In this document: piece by piece, positions 12,072 through 24,008 of the stretch
How the letters are laid out: each line of letters starts with the position of its first letter
Position numbering within the stretch: the first letter of the stretch is position 1
Made by a program: the position numbers and the translations under genes
The notes under the pieces: model-generated
What the model was told of the DNA's origin: nothing
What the model saw: only the letters and a program-made list of their open reading frames with translations
Database searches by the model: none
Assembly: GCA_002633005.1 (NCBI GenBank)
Contig: NMRA01000182.1
Location: forward strand, 195,077-259,076
Reading direction: 5' to 3'
DNA from: Phoronis australis
Lineage: Eukaryota > Animalia > Phoronida
DNA: 64,000 nucleotides

Positions 12072-13787
12072 ATGGATTACTATGACACTATGCATGCTGA
12101 AGATTTTGACGGAGAATTTCCTCCAGAAATGTATTACGATGACCCTGACTACTCGGATGTAGCTCACCTGTTACAGTCGGGCTGGTTGGGACCAGATCAT
12201 GTGGAGAGATTTTCTCTGGGGGAGGTATTCGAAAGATGTGTCTCACCAACTTTCTCTCAAGCAGCCATAATGGTGTTACCTTTAGTTACCTTGTCCATGC
12301 TATTTAAAGTAGTGTGTACTCTAGCAACAGAAATTGACAGACCTCAGAGAAGAAAGCTAAGAAAACCCAATAACACAAATTTAATGCCTGAGCAAAAAAG
12401 TGGCAGTGGGAAAAGTCAAAATGGAAATCACAGAAGGCTGCGTAAACAAAGTATGGATAGTAATGGAAATGGCTTTGATAATGGGAAGTTAGGTAAAGGA
12501 AGTAAACACAGCGAAACTCCAGATCAGCAGGACTCTGATTCCAGCAGTACATCGGCAGAGGAATCTCCATCAGCAAAGAAGGGCAACCTGGACTACTTCT
12601 CTGTGTTTACCATTCACTCAACTAGTGCTCTGTTTGGTCTGATGGCTGCACATTTATACTTCCAGTGGAACATTATTTACCTGGGACTAATGAGTGCCTT
12701 GCTGTACATAGCCCTTCTGGTGACCTTTAAACTTGCCAAGAATCACTGTGGTCCTTTGTTATGCATGTGCGTGGCTGTTTACATTCTTGTGTGCGAACTT
12801 CTGGTTGTCGATCGCGCTGTGTGGACTCAGATAAGAGGAGCTGCTATGATCATTGCTATGAAAGTCATATCTATTGGATTTGATCTGGACGTTGGCGTTA
12901 TCCCATTTCCAGAACTACACGAATTTGTAGGCTATACTTTTAACATTGGAACTGTCATATTTGGCCCATGGATAAGTTTTCAGGATTACATGTGTGTCGA
13001 ACTACAGCATAAATACAAAATGGGAGTGAAATGGTTGATAAAAATCGTCACAAGTCTAATGTGTTCAGCTGTCTGTCTTATCATATCCACATGCTTTGTA
13101 CACTGGTTAATATTAGATGGATCTTACAAGTGGATGCTTGCTTATCGTGACGCTCAGTCGTTTCGCTTCAGCCATTATTTCGTAAGTTACCTGTCAGAGG
13201 TCACGGCTGTCAGTGCTGGGTTGGGGGCCTTAGGCATCAACGGGGATATCACATGGGACTTGACTGTTGCTCGATCGTACAACATAGAATTTCCCCGCTC
13301 GCTCGTCGAAGTTGTGACAAATTGGAATCTTCCAATGCATTATTGGCTGAAGACGTACGTTTTTCGCGCAGCACGTCCTCTGGGTACATTTTCAGCCATC
13401 TTGCTGACATATGCAGCCAGTTCTCTGTTGCATGGATTGAACTTTCAGCTGGCAGCAGTTCTCTTTTCCCTTGGTTTTTACTCGTACGTGGAATACGTGC
13501 TCAGAAAGAAACTGGCCCGAATATTCAATGCGTGCATTGAAGCGCGCAAGTGCAAGGAGGATTGTGGCCATGAGTACAAGTGGCGCCACCCTGCAGTGAT
13601 GGTGGTGAACTTTTGTTTAGCCATACTGTCCGTGTTCCACCTGGCGTACCTTGGTTTGATGTTTGACAGCAGTGGTAGTGCGGAGACAGGCTACACAATG
13701 GAACATACCCTAAACAAGTGGGCTCAACTGGATTATGCCAGTCACTGGATCGCTGTTGGTTGTTTCATCTTTTACTTCTTAATCTAA
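12072..13787 (+). CDS. PORCN: Protein-serine O-palmitoleoyltransferase Porcupine (MBOAT family), single exon, 571 aa
   Basis: Uninterrupted ORF from the first ATG (MDYYD). Contains the PORCN motifs IRGAAMIIAMKVISIGFDLD, GTVIFGPW, AYRDAQSFRFSHYFVSYLSE, EFPRSLVEVVTNWNLPMHYWLKTYVF, catalytic SSLLHG (His codon at 13431) and the C-terminal W..LDYASHW. Confidence 0.97.
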   Translation: MDYYDTMHAEDFDGEFPPEMYYDDPDYSDVAHLLQSGWLGPDHVERFSLGEVFERCVSPTFSQAAIMVLPLVTLSMLFKVVCTLATEIDRPQRRKLRKPNNTNLMPEQKSGSGKSQNGNHRRLRKQSMDSNGNGFDNGKLGKGSKHSETPDQQDSDSSSTSAEESPSAKKGNLDYFSVFTIHSTSALFGLMAAHLYFQWNIIYLGLMSALLYIALLVTFKLAKNHCGPLLCMCVAVYILVCELLVVDRAVWTQIRGAAMIIAMKVISIGFDLDVGVIPFPELHEFVGYTFNIGTVIFGPWISFQDYMCVELQHKYKMGVKWLIKIVTSLMCSAVCLIISTCFVHWLILDGSYKWMLAYRDAQSFRFSHYFVSYLSEVTAVSAGLGALGINGDITWDLTVARSYNIEFPRSLVEVVTNWNLPMHYWLKTYVFRAARPLGTFSAILLTYAASSLLHGLNFQLAAVLFSLGFYSYVEYVLRKKLARIFNACIEARKCKEDCGHEYKWRHPAVMVVNFCLAILSVFHLAYLGLMFDSSGSAETGYTMEHTLNKWAQLDYASHWIAVGCFIFYFLI

Positions 13788-15339
13788 CTCCACTCCAGAC
13801 TATCCTTTAGAGAATGCTGGATCCCCACTGCGTAAGTTCGTTAGAAAGTTAAAACAACTAACTGCTGTCCAACGATACATCCAGGATTCTATAATTTGGT
13901 GACTCTGGCATCTGAGTAGGTTCAGGCTAGAGACTCTGCACCTGTTTAGCACACAATATGACTGACAAGTAGAACTTTACTGTCAAATTTCTCAACAAAA
14001 TAGGATAGTTGAAGAAAATGTTGCTCCTTAACAGCATGTGTGTCACAATTTTGATTATTTCTACGTAACCATGTAGTCAACCTTTGGAAAAGGATAATGT
14101 GCTTTTCAGAATTTTTTTGTGCAGAATAACTGAAGATATGCCAGCATAGGTTGCCTGTAGACCTAAATTTGCTCTGTGGAGGAGAGACCCAGCTTTAAAG
14201 CATATAGAAAAAGCATGTTGCCCTGGCTTGGACATATTGATATAATTGGTGCTGTAAAGTGGTTGGATATTTTATCAGATTTTATGCCTTTGAGATTCTA
14301 ACAAGTCATGTATGTTGCAGTTTGTGCTTATATGAAGTAGTTGTAGTTTGTGATATTGGTAGTATTATTATATTAATTTGATAAATGTTATATTATTTCC
14401 TTGTGTTTTCTACTTGACAGTGTCCATGCATTAAATTACTCCCACCGTTTGGTATGTCTTAGGTGCTCAATTAATCATTTGATTCCTCAATATGAAACGT
14501 TGCCCTGGAATAGCTCTGAGGAAAATTATGCCTTGACGCAACATGGATGATAGGTTGATAAATTTAATTTTCCTATTGTTTGCCTTCCAAATGCTATTAT
14601 TATTTTCAGAAAAGGTTTTCACCAAATCAAGTTGTAGAGGTATTGAAGTGATTTCATAACAATGTGTTGATATTTTAGTGTACACCTACTTGAGGCCTAC
14701 TTATACATTAACTATTACACCACACAGACTCAAGTTTATTTTCAGGTGAGTTTTAGTCTGAAAATAAATCTTTTGAAAGTTCTTATTTTTATCCTTTTTA
14801 GTATTAGAGTTATCTTACTACCATGTATTTTCGAAAGATAGAGCCCCACCAACATAAAGACATTGTGGGTTCCTTCGGAAACATGGACTGAAAGCCCCCA
14901 TGGGTGTCTTGGAGATTGCTTTACATTTCTGGCAAAGGCAAATTAATGGAAAATGTAGCAAATAACATAATTTTTGTCCTTTGAAGAACAGTTATGATAT
15001 TACAATTTTACCGATAATCCAGTTGTCAACGGAGATGTGGCTGGACTACTCTTGTAACAATCAAACCGATAAAGTGAAATCTGACTGGTAGTTTTAGCCA
15101 ATGAACGGTATTTCTTCGAACGGATAACTAGCAGGACAAACTATCCACTAGAGGTATTCAGTAGTCACTTGGTATGAGACCAACGAAGAAGATACCCTGG
15201 CGATGATGAAGTTTCACCGGACGAGCTCAAACACAGAAGTTGGCGTAAAAAGTACCAGAATGTCTTACAGTACTTACTATTCGTGCGCCCATTAATTACC
15301 ACGTGGTGACAATTCTGTTTTTGTTTCACTCTTCTGACA

Positions 15340-16400
15340 GATAGACTACCAAGTTCATTGGTCGTTCCTGATAAAATTGAAAGTGTTTATATAGGGTTGA
15401 GAGCAAGACTGACGCTGATGTTGGGACAAATCCAGCAGCGATAGCGTCCCCAAGTTGCTATGTGTATTTAGAATATCTGAGCGTGCACCTCAATAATATG
15501 TGTCAAGTTCCTTCCAGATCTTCATGAATCTTTGGCAGATATAATTCGGTGGTGCTCTGCGGCTTGCGAAAAGTTTAGTTTTGTTCGTGTCTGCCTCAGT
15601 TTCCACCAAGGTTTTTTTTGATGGATTTTTATGACATTTGGCAAATATCACATTGCGTGGATCACAGGTAATGTCGATGTTGGGACAATTACGAGTACTA
15701 AGATGGCCCTTAGTGGCTGTTTTGCATTTTGTCTTAGTGTCAACCAAGTTCCGAAGTTTGGCATTCCATGTTCCTATCATGCCAAGAATTGAACGATGTC
15801 CCTTGGCTTACTTCAAAATTCAACTGCTGCCTGGTGGTTTGGTAATGTTGCACACACAGCAGAATTAGTGAGGCACGTATGGCAAGCCAACATAAACGTT
15901 GTAGGTGGTCACATTTCTTGTCCGATTCAAAAACTTTATCACGTGTACAATCACGAACTATTCAATTATTCTATTCAAAAACTTTCAAACGAAAGTTTAA
16001 AAAGAACTATTGTCGCCCTTAGTGTGTTTACGATGGGTCTGATTATCTAGAGAACATGACATCAACAGCCACAGACGATGTAATTATTACAACAGCAGCC
16101 GCCGGCACACTCCGAGGTATGCCAACAGGTCGAGTTGCATCGACCGTAAACAATGGATTCTAAGTTTCATGTATTGAGGGGAGCACAGAAACATTTTTTG
16201 AAAGCATGTGACTTCTTGTTGGATGGATCACAACTTTGGCGCACCCTAGTGATAAATTGCCATTGCGTTTGTCTTGATATCCTCTAAGATGGTGGTTGAA
16301 TTTCCATGAAACTTGGCACAACTGATGTTGATTTTTGACCGACTGCATCTGACTGCCGTTCGTATATTGGAAAATATGAGCACCCTTAAATCTTTACCGT
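15340..16400. mobile_element. Degenerate interspersed repeat fragments (HINE-like internal motifs)
   Basis: Recurrent GATGGAT..ATGA(A/C)A(C/T)TTGGCA and GATGTTGGGACAA motifs. Only short ORFs. Boundaries are approximate. Confidence 0.35.
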
Positions 16401-18199
16401 TTGCGCACGGTGGACGCCATACAAGCGGCTCAAGAGTTGCTGAAGTGCTCAGTAGTCTTACACACAGGACTGGCCTACTCTGTTTGTTTCTAACATTCAC
16501 TAAATTGTAAGTTTGATAAATCATTAAATATTTTGTGTCTAGTTTGTAGGCCTGTATCAATTAAGTATCTTCACAGGATGGTTGAGTTAACAATTATTTG
16601 ACTAAGCCATCATCCCACTCCTACATTGATATGTGTAATAAAAAAGCAACAGCTTCACTTTTAAATGCTCCACGGAGTTTATTTTTTCAAACTTTGTCAG
16701 CACAGCCGTGTAACGCGTCGAGAACGTTGACATCTTACTCACACTCTGATCGAATTTCGATCGAAGCCGCGTTTTCAATTACGGGACAACCCGAGACTCA
16801 GTGCTAGAAGGTCAATCTTTTCTGAGCTTCCAGGTAACGGCATTGTTCAGTAGTCTGTTTTTCCAAAATTTTCAAACTACGTGCATCTAATGTTCTGGCA
16901 ACATATTGTTAACGTTGTTACGTGTTGACTGTGTCAGCGTAGACTTTGCACTTGAAACACGGGATTTCTGAGAAAATCAAGGCTTTTAAAAAATCAAAAC
17001 GTGGAATGGTTCAGGAAACAGTACACTGGTACTTTCATGCTGTTATGATAAAACTGGGTACTCCACTGAAAAAGGACTGTAACGAACGTTCAGGTGGTGG
17101 TTGTAGTCACGTGACTATCGATTAGTGACCCACAATTGAAAAGTGGAGGGCTGGTCTCCATGAAAAAGTGAAGCAGTTCAAAATCGAGAAAGTGTTCGTG
17201 CTGAGAGTGGGTCAACATTGAACAGCATTACAAGTGACAATATATATTCATTCACGCATGAATTATTTTGTACCGTCCTTTGAAAATGAGTATTCTTGGT
17301 CTTTGACGTAAACTCTAATTTTAATATCGTTACAAACAGCAGACAATGTTTTATTGATTCTGATTTTTGCATGGTCACATAACCCCTTAGTGAATTCTTG
17401 TCTCTTAAATATTCATGAAGAGCTTGTCTTTAGAAACTAGTTGTGCAAATGAACTTTTTATAGTTAAATACGTTTTTCCTGAAGCGTGTCCACCTGGATT
17501 CGTTTGTCCTTGATCTTTATGCGGCTTCTGTTCAGGAAGAGATTTACATAAAACTCGCAAAAGCTCAAGAGACTAGAGATAGTCACCCGCATTTTGAAGA
17601 TCAGTTAATGGTCATCAAACTCCGGAAAAAATACCTACAGTGCAGTTAGGAAGTTCTGCACCCATTTATTTCCTTCTTATGACGTGGTTCTAAATGGACA
17701 CGTGGATCGTCCTTGTTTTTTTAATTTTTTTCGAGACATTCCCAAGAAAAATCGCACGCGGGATAATCCGTCCACGGAACAACACACAGTTTCATGGCAA
17801 TTCTAGTTGAACGGTCTTCTCTGTACTGGCAACCTTTGCTTGTGTCGCTTCTTCGCTTCGAAATACATATAGAATACTGAGCTCAAAGTACCGACAGTGA
17901 TTCACAAAATCCGGGACCCATGTAAGTGACTACTGGCCACCGCCTTACAATGAAATGTTCCTTTTGACGAAACAAACTGATTTCCGTTCGAGCAAAAAAA
18001 TTCTCGTTACGCAAGGCACGTCTCAAATTGCTTCTTTCTCAAGTTAGAGACGATTTATAGATTTAAAAGAACTGATTGTTTATTAGGCCTACTGCTCAGT
18101 TGACCTGAAAATTTGGGGGCTTCCTGTGAATAATAAAATAATTTGATAGCATTTGGAGAGTGCAAAATTCATTTCACAAGCTGATATGGATCTATCTTG

Positions 18200-18548
18200 C
18201 ATGCATACATCAGCACATATACATACATGCATGCATACATACACACATGCATACATACATACATGCATTCATGCATGCATCCATACACACATACATACAT
18301 ACATACATACATACATACATACACACATGCATACATACATACATACATACATACATACACACATGCATACATACATACATGCATTCATGCATGCATACAT
18401 ACACACATACATACATACATACATGCATACATGCATGCATACATACACACATACATACATACATGCATACACACATACATGCATGCATGCAAACATTCTC
18501 ACACACACACACACACACGCACGCACACACACAAACACACACACAAAC
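18200..18548. repeat. Compound microsatellite (CATA)n/(CATG)n/(CA)n
   Basis: Directly visible. It explains the overlapping HTYI/CMYV pseudo-ORFs. Confidence 0.97.
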
Positions 18549-21500
18549 ATGGTACTGGTCTAGGTAATGTTTTTATTTGTTGCGTGCACGCTTCACAAGG
18601 TGTCGCCTTTCAAAAAATCGCAGGTGTTCTTGCACTGGATTGCTGATTGATGCACGGGCTAAAGAATGTGAATGGGTGTCTTACAAATATACAGTTTTAA
18701 TAAAACTATGGCATAGTTGTTTTTGTCCAGCAGATTGCACAAGAAATCGTTAACAGCAATACTTATGGAAAAGCAACTTCTACATACTACATGTGCGCTG
18801 GACATTTGTGATATGAATTATGAATTAATTGTTTTGATTTCTGTCCGGTGGTCACTGTTAGACTATTGTTATTTCATAACGCTCGTGACGATCATGTAAG
18901 TAAATACAGCTGTCATCAGCTTCCTAAGGAGTGGTCGAATTCTTTCACGAGTAAAAAAATAGCTTCCTATGTATGCCCATTGAATCCAAGTGTAAAAATT
19001 ATATTTTCCGACACGAAATTATTTCGTCTCTGTGCTTCACAAAGGTAAATGAGTTTAGTCCAATGACGTCTTAAGTCATCTACGACATTCCTCCGCAGCG
19101 CCCTCATGTGACCAGCGTGGCTGAACCTGGGTATTTAATTAATAATGATGTGTTGGTACATAAAATATTTTTTCCGTGTTTTACTGTTTGTATTTGTTTC
19201 TAGAGCGACTTATGAGCAATTTGTGTCTTTTACCACACATTATACGTGTCATGAATTATGCACTAGCTTTCTTTGCGAGAGGTTTGACGAGGGAATTTTT
19301 AAATATGTTATTTTAAAATATTATATTTTCACATTCAAACTTAAGACACGGTATTTTGAGGGCATTTCATCAAACAATGTTTCCAGAACAACATCGCGAA
19401 TGTATCAGATTGTGTATGCATTACTATTTAACGCAGTTTAAACCAGAGTCGAATAACTTAAGAGGGAGCAAACGGGCCGTTGGTCCCGCTTTCAAAAACT
19501 AATGCAAAATGGACATCAAGAGTTTCTCCTTTCCTGCAAGCATGTTCAGGACCGGATGTTTCTGAATAGTGTAGACTGTAAGACAGTTGGGAGCCTGAGA
19601 AGGATGTAAGATCAGAAGGAAGGAGAGCTCTCTAGACCTACATGTACAGTACAACGGATCGAGACATAACGATTTTAGGTGTGAAAAAGTTATGTCACAC
19701 TAGGAAAATAGAATTTATAGCTCACATTATGCCAATCAGTACAATTCGGCACGCCAATGTTCACGTTCTCTAATTTGTAGAAATGTACAGACCGGTATGA
19801 CGCGAGCCTTGACGCAGGCCCTCGCGCAATCATTTAACCACCTAACGGCTTAGTTCTATACCCCTATGGCAACCGGGAGGCTGAAAGGATGGCACTAGGA
19901 GAAATTTGGGACTACTAGATTCGACCTGGGGCGATAGTGTTTGCAAAAAGTTAAATTATCTGTGGTCTTCCAGTGATCTATACCTTACTGCACGGCCCTG
20001 AAATTAATTAAAGCAACTGGCCATAGGTGGATAAATAGTGTTCAAGTGAACTGGGTCTTTGATGCACCAGAGACCGGTCGTCTTTGCTTATAACGTTAGG
20101 TGTCGCTATCTGTTCTATCGTGTGAACAGCTTCAGCAAGGACGTTGAGGATGATTGCCAAAAAAGCGTTATTTTGTTCAGGTGTAAAAAGAAATGCTGAT
20201 ATTTTTGAAGTGAGTGGGCATTTATCTTTCCCTTGTTGCTGTTTATCAAATATTTATGTAGTTAGCAGCTTCGAGCGGTAAACCGCGTCAGGAAAAAAGA
20301 TCGGATTTGTGTATATTTCTTTCCCAGTTAGTTGTGTGTAACTTAAGTGAATTTCTGATTTCATACATTTGGTGAAAATTAAATAATTACAGTTCGTAAA
20401 ACTCTGTTTCATCTTCTGACAATTTCAAGCATATAAATTCTCATTGGAAATATTTTTCCCGTTTCGATGACAAAGTTATTAGCCTATAGTCTGTAAACAA
20501 GACATTGGCGATTGGCGTAAAAAGTTTGAAACAGACAGAACTGACTGGCAATCTGTGGTCAGTTGCAAGAAACAACCTCAATAGGTACTCCGCTATGTTT
20601 CTTAAATTTTCTGCCCATCTGTGAACTTCGTGCAAACGCTGATTATCATTTCTTTTGCTATTTGTCTACCATTATGCCAAGTGTTAGCTTATACCGATAA
20701 TGAACCATTCGTTGAATTTTTGATATTATTGAAAATAAATAAGGACTTTTCTATACAATGGACCTAATTTCAATAAATAAGGGACATTTCTGTGCCATGC
20801 CCCTGACATATTTTGAGTCCCTGTTGCGACTGCTTCATAGCAAACGGCCACTGATGCCTCAGTGAGCAGTGCCGCACCAGGCGTGTTCAGGCGGCAAAAC
20901 CGGGCACACTGTACACCCAATTATGACTAATAGGGACCCTTCAGACGGGGCACTTTATCGATGCATCTACAGTTAATTTGAGCACCTAAAATGTAAAGAG
21001 ACTGTCATCTACCATTGTCGCATTTTTTTTTACATGATTTCAAGACTTAAAGCAAGTGTATACACAAATATTGTTTTTAAACAATATTTAAAAATATTTC
21101 TTGTACTACGTCCAGTCACTCAGTAGCAGAAAAGGTTGGTTAGCTAAATTCTTGAGCTTAAAAATCTACGTACAAATCGAACTTGGGAACTTCAGAGGCA
21201 CAATGATAAACCATAGAAACAAAACTGCAAACTTTTCTTAATTTACAATACGATTTTAGTTGCGCGTCCATTATTAAATCAAATATATCACAGTAAAGAA
21301 ATGAAAAATCTGGATGTTTTAAATATACGCTTGTAAATATTGGCCGGCGATGTTTCCTTATAGTGTCAAGTATGTACCTGTATCGCCTGCGATTGGCAAG
21401 TCCATCTATAGCATGAGAGTTTCTTTGTACGAGCGTTTGTTCAATATCAACGAATGGAATTTCGTGATTCCAGACACGCGCTTCTAACTCTACACAAGGA

Positions 21501-23300
21501 ACGATCATGCGGGCTATACCCGGTGACCACCGGCCAGTCCCGGGGCTTCGACATTGCAGCTGGCCTTCAGACCAGCGCGGCCATGGAATCTGGTTCCCGG
21601 GACTAGAGTTCGGTCATCATGTATGGAGTAGTATCGGTGCGTGTTTTGAGTTTAGAGGTGCGGATCCTCGGGATTTGTACCACGGTTTAAAGTCTGCTGA
21701 TCCGAATTGGAGTTTAGAGGTACTGGAATTAAGATGCACGATCATGGAATTTGTTTTCCAGCACAACTTGAATATGGTTTAGAAATATTCGCAAACGGAA
21801 TACATTCCTGGTGCATCTACAGATAATTTAAGCACCGAAAAATGTTGTAGGGTTGCTTATGTTTAAAGGTAATCTCGTTGTGCTATTGCTACACTCACCA
21901 GAGGTCTCTGCAAACAAATATTTCCACCATCAAATTCCGACACACTGTTCATTGAGACCTAAACAGAGAAGTAGCGGGATTGTGGTTTGAGAAAGCACTA
22001 GCATGGGTTGCACATCTTTTACCGAAAAAGTGTCTTTGGTTACGATGATAAAAACTGACGGACATTGTTTTCTTTCCGATTAACGATGTAGTCAAAAGAC
22101 TATAAAACCCTTTACGGGCTCCATGGGCTGCCATAGCTACAAACTGTTTTCTTTCTTTGTATATGACATAATATATAGTCCACTCTGATTTATACTCACG
22201 CAATTAGTTTGAGAATCACTAGACACAAGCGTTCCGAGCAAAGTCTCAGATGTGTTGAAACTTGCAGATCGATAAGAAACAAAACGTTTCTGATTCGCTC
22301 ATAATTATATGATTACTTTTTCCAAAAGATCGCCCACTAGCTTCCGAAAAACCGTCTTTCGGAAATCTCCTAAGTAGTGCGACTTCGTTGAGAAGAACAA
22401 ATATTCAGTTGTTTAAGCCATAGCATTAATAGGGTCTACTTAACGAATATTCATAACGTAACAGTAAATGAATTTATCGATATCGTTACCACGAACTGCA
22501 GGGTTGCATAACGATCATAACGCATTAGGGTAAATAACCTCTCTGTGTTTAAGAAAAAAAATCGATGCTCAGAACTGCACGTGTACAGTGTTATTGAAAA
22601 GTTTTGTGCGATTTCCGATAGACGATCACATTGCACCGTTGGATATCTAAATAGCCAGCTGAACATCTCTAAGAATGAAAACAAAAAAAAGAAAAAGAAG
22701 ACCCACGATTCGCATACGCGGCAATCTGTAACATGACGTATTATTAGACGGTGTGCTCATATGAACTTAAACAAACCATTTAATTGACATTCTATCGCTT
22801 TAAAGGATATCGCAATCTATAGGTTCACAATGCTCACTTCAAATAGCTCAAACATTGACCGACAGCGTAAACAGTATAGTCAGTAAAACAAACTCTTCAC
22901 GCGCCGGCGCACCAAATATAGATTATGGAGTGTTTAATAAGGAAACCGTCGAAATTTTAATCTGTTAATAGCTAGCTACCGGTCGAACTCTTCTGTCTGA
23001 TTATATGAGCAGGATATCGGAGATTTCGTGTTAATGTTTATCAAGAATTCTAGGTTGAATGTCATGATAGTGGAGGTTGGAAGTGATAAAGAAAAATGAA
23101 TTCAAGTTACGAGCACGAGGCGCTGTCTACGAAAATTCGTTATACATTAGGAGAGATAGAATGGAATTATAAAGAAGAAATGTTATGGCGCTAGAGAACC
23201 AGTAGACGAACTTCCGGGTCAATGACGGCCCCTAGGAGCACAAGTATATTAAAGATTAGGTAATTGGGATCAATTTTGTTGAGAAAACAGAAAGTGCAAG

Positions 23301-24008
23301 ATGGCATATAAATTAAAGGCGATGGACAAAGAAATTGAGGCATTGGCCGATGACGATCCGATGTTTGAAGAATTTAAAGATTACAAGCTGAGTTGCGGTA
23401 AAAAGATAAGTCCAGCTCACGTAATGCGAGAATGGGAGGAAAGAAAGATGAATAAGTTTATTGACGAAAAAATGGAGACCTTATATGAGATATTAGGCTC
23501 TATCCCTCGCTTCTTGCGAGATGAAAATAAACCGCACCTGTATTCGCGGGAGGACGGTCCTAAATCTGATGCTGGATCTAAGAAACACGTCAGTAGTGAT
23601 TCGCCGAAAATTGTGCGCTCCACCAAGCCAAAGGTTCATTTTAATGACGCTATCAAAACCGAATTGCCCAGAAGCGGGTCATCACTTGGAATAACAACAG
23701 AATTATCAAATGTCAGAACTCCACCGAAAGGAATCTCATATTCGTCTGCTCTCAAGATGGCCGACAAGGCTTCGATAAATACTAGTGCTGCAGAACCTTT
23801 AGACGAGACAATAAAGACCTATGAAACAAATATACACCATTCAGCAGTGAGTGAACAGGACATAAATCTGCCAACTACCAAAATCAAGAGCTCTGAGAAT
23901 GACAAATCTTTGTCCGGCAGCGTTAGTAGGCAGAACAAAGATTCGTCTGTCAGAAGCATGACACCGGAAAACGCAAGAACTGATAGGCGGAGTGGAATGG
24001 TGAGGTAG
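23301..24008 (+). CDS. Orphan protein-coding ORF (235 aa; about 248 aa if a 48-nt intron at 24000-24047 is spliced)
   Basis: 708-nt ATG-initiated open frame in AT-rich DNA with protein-like composition (charged helical N-terminus, S/T/K-rich remainder). Possible ATG|gtgagg...tttcag intron, then TGA at 24095 and AATAAA at 24126. No family recognised. Confidence 0.55.
   Translation: MAYKLKAMDKEIEALADDDPMFEEFKDYKLSCGKKISPAHVMREWEERKMNKFIDEKMETLYEILGSIPRFLRDENKPHLYSREDGPKSDAGSKKHVSSDSPKIVRSTKPKVHFNDAIKTELPRSGSSLGITTELSNVRTPPKGISYSSALKMADKASINTSAAEPLDETIKTYETNIHHSAVSEQDINLPTTKIKSSENDKSLSGSVSRQNKDSSVRSMTPENARTDRRSGMVR

Noticed and set aside
18153-18646. Six overlapping His/Thr/Tyr- or Cys/Met/Val-rich ORFs
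   Set aside because: They are translations of a (CATA)/(CATG)/(CA) microsatellite, not genes.
19830-20000. Possible decayed tRNA-derived SINE (B-box-like GATTCGACC)
   Set aside because: No clear A box, cloverleaf or boundaries. Too degenerate to call.
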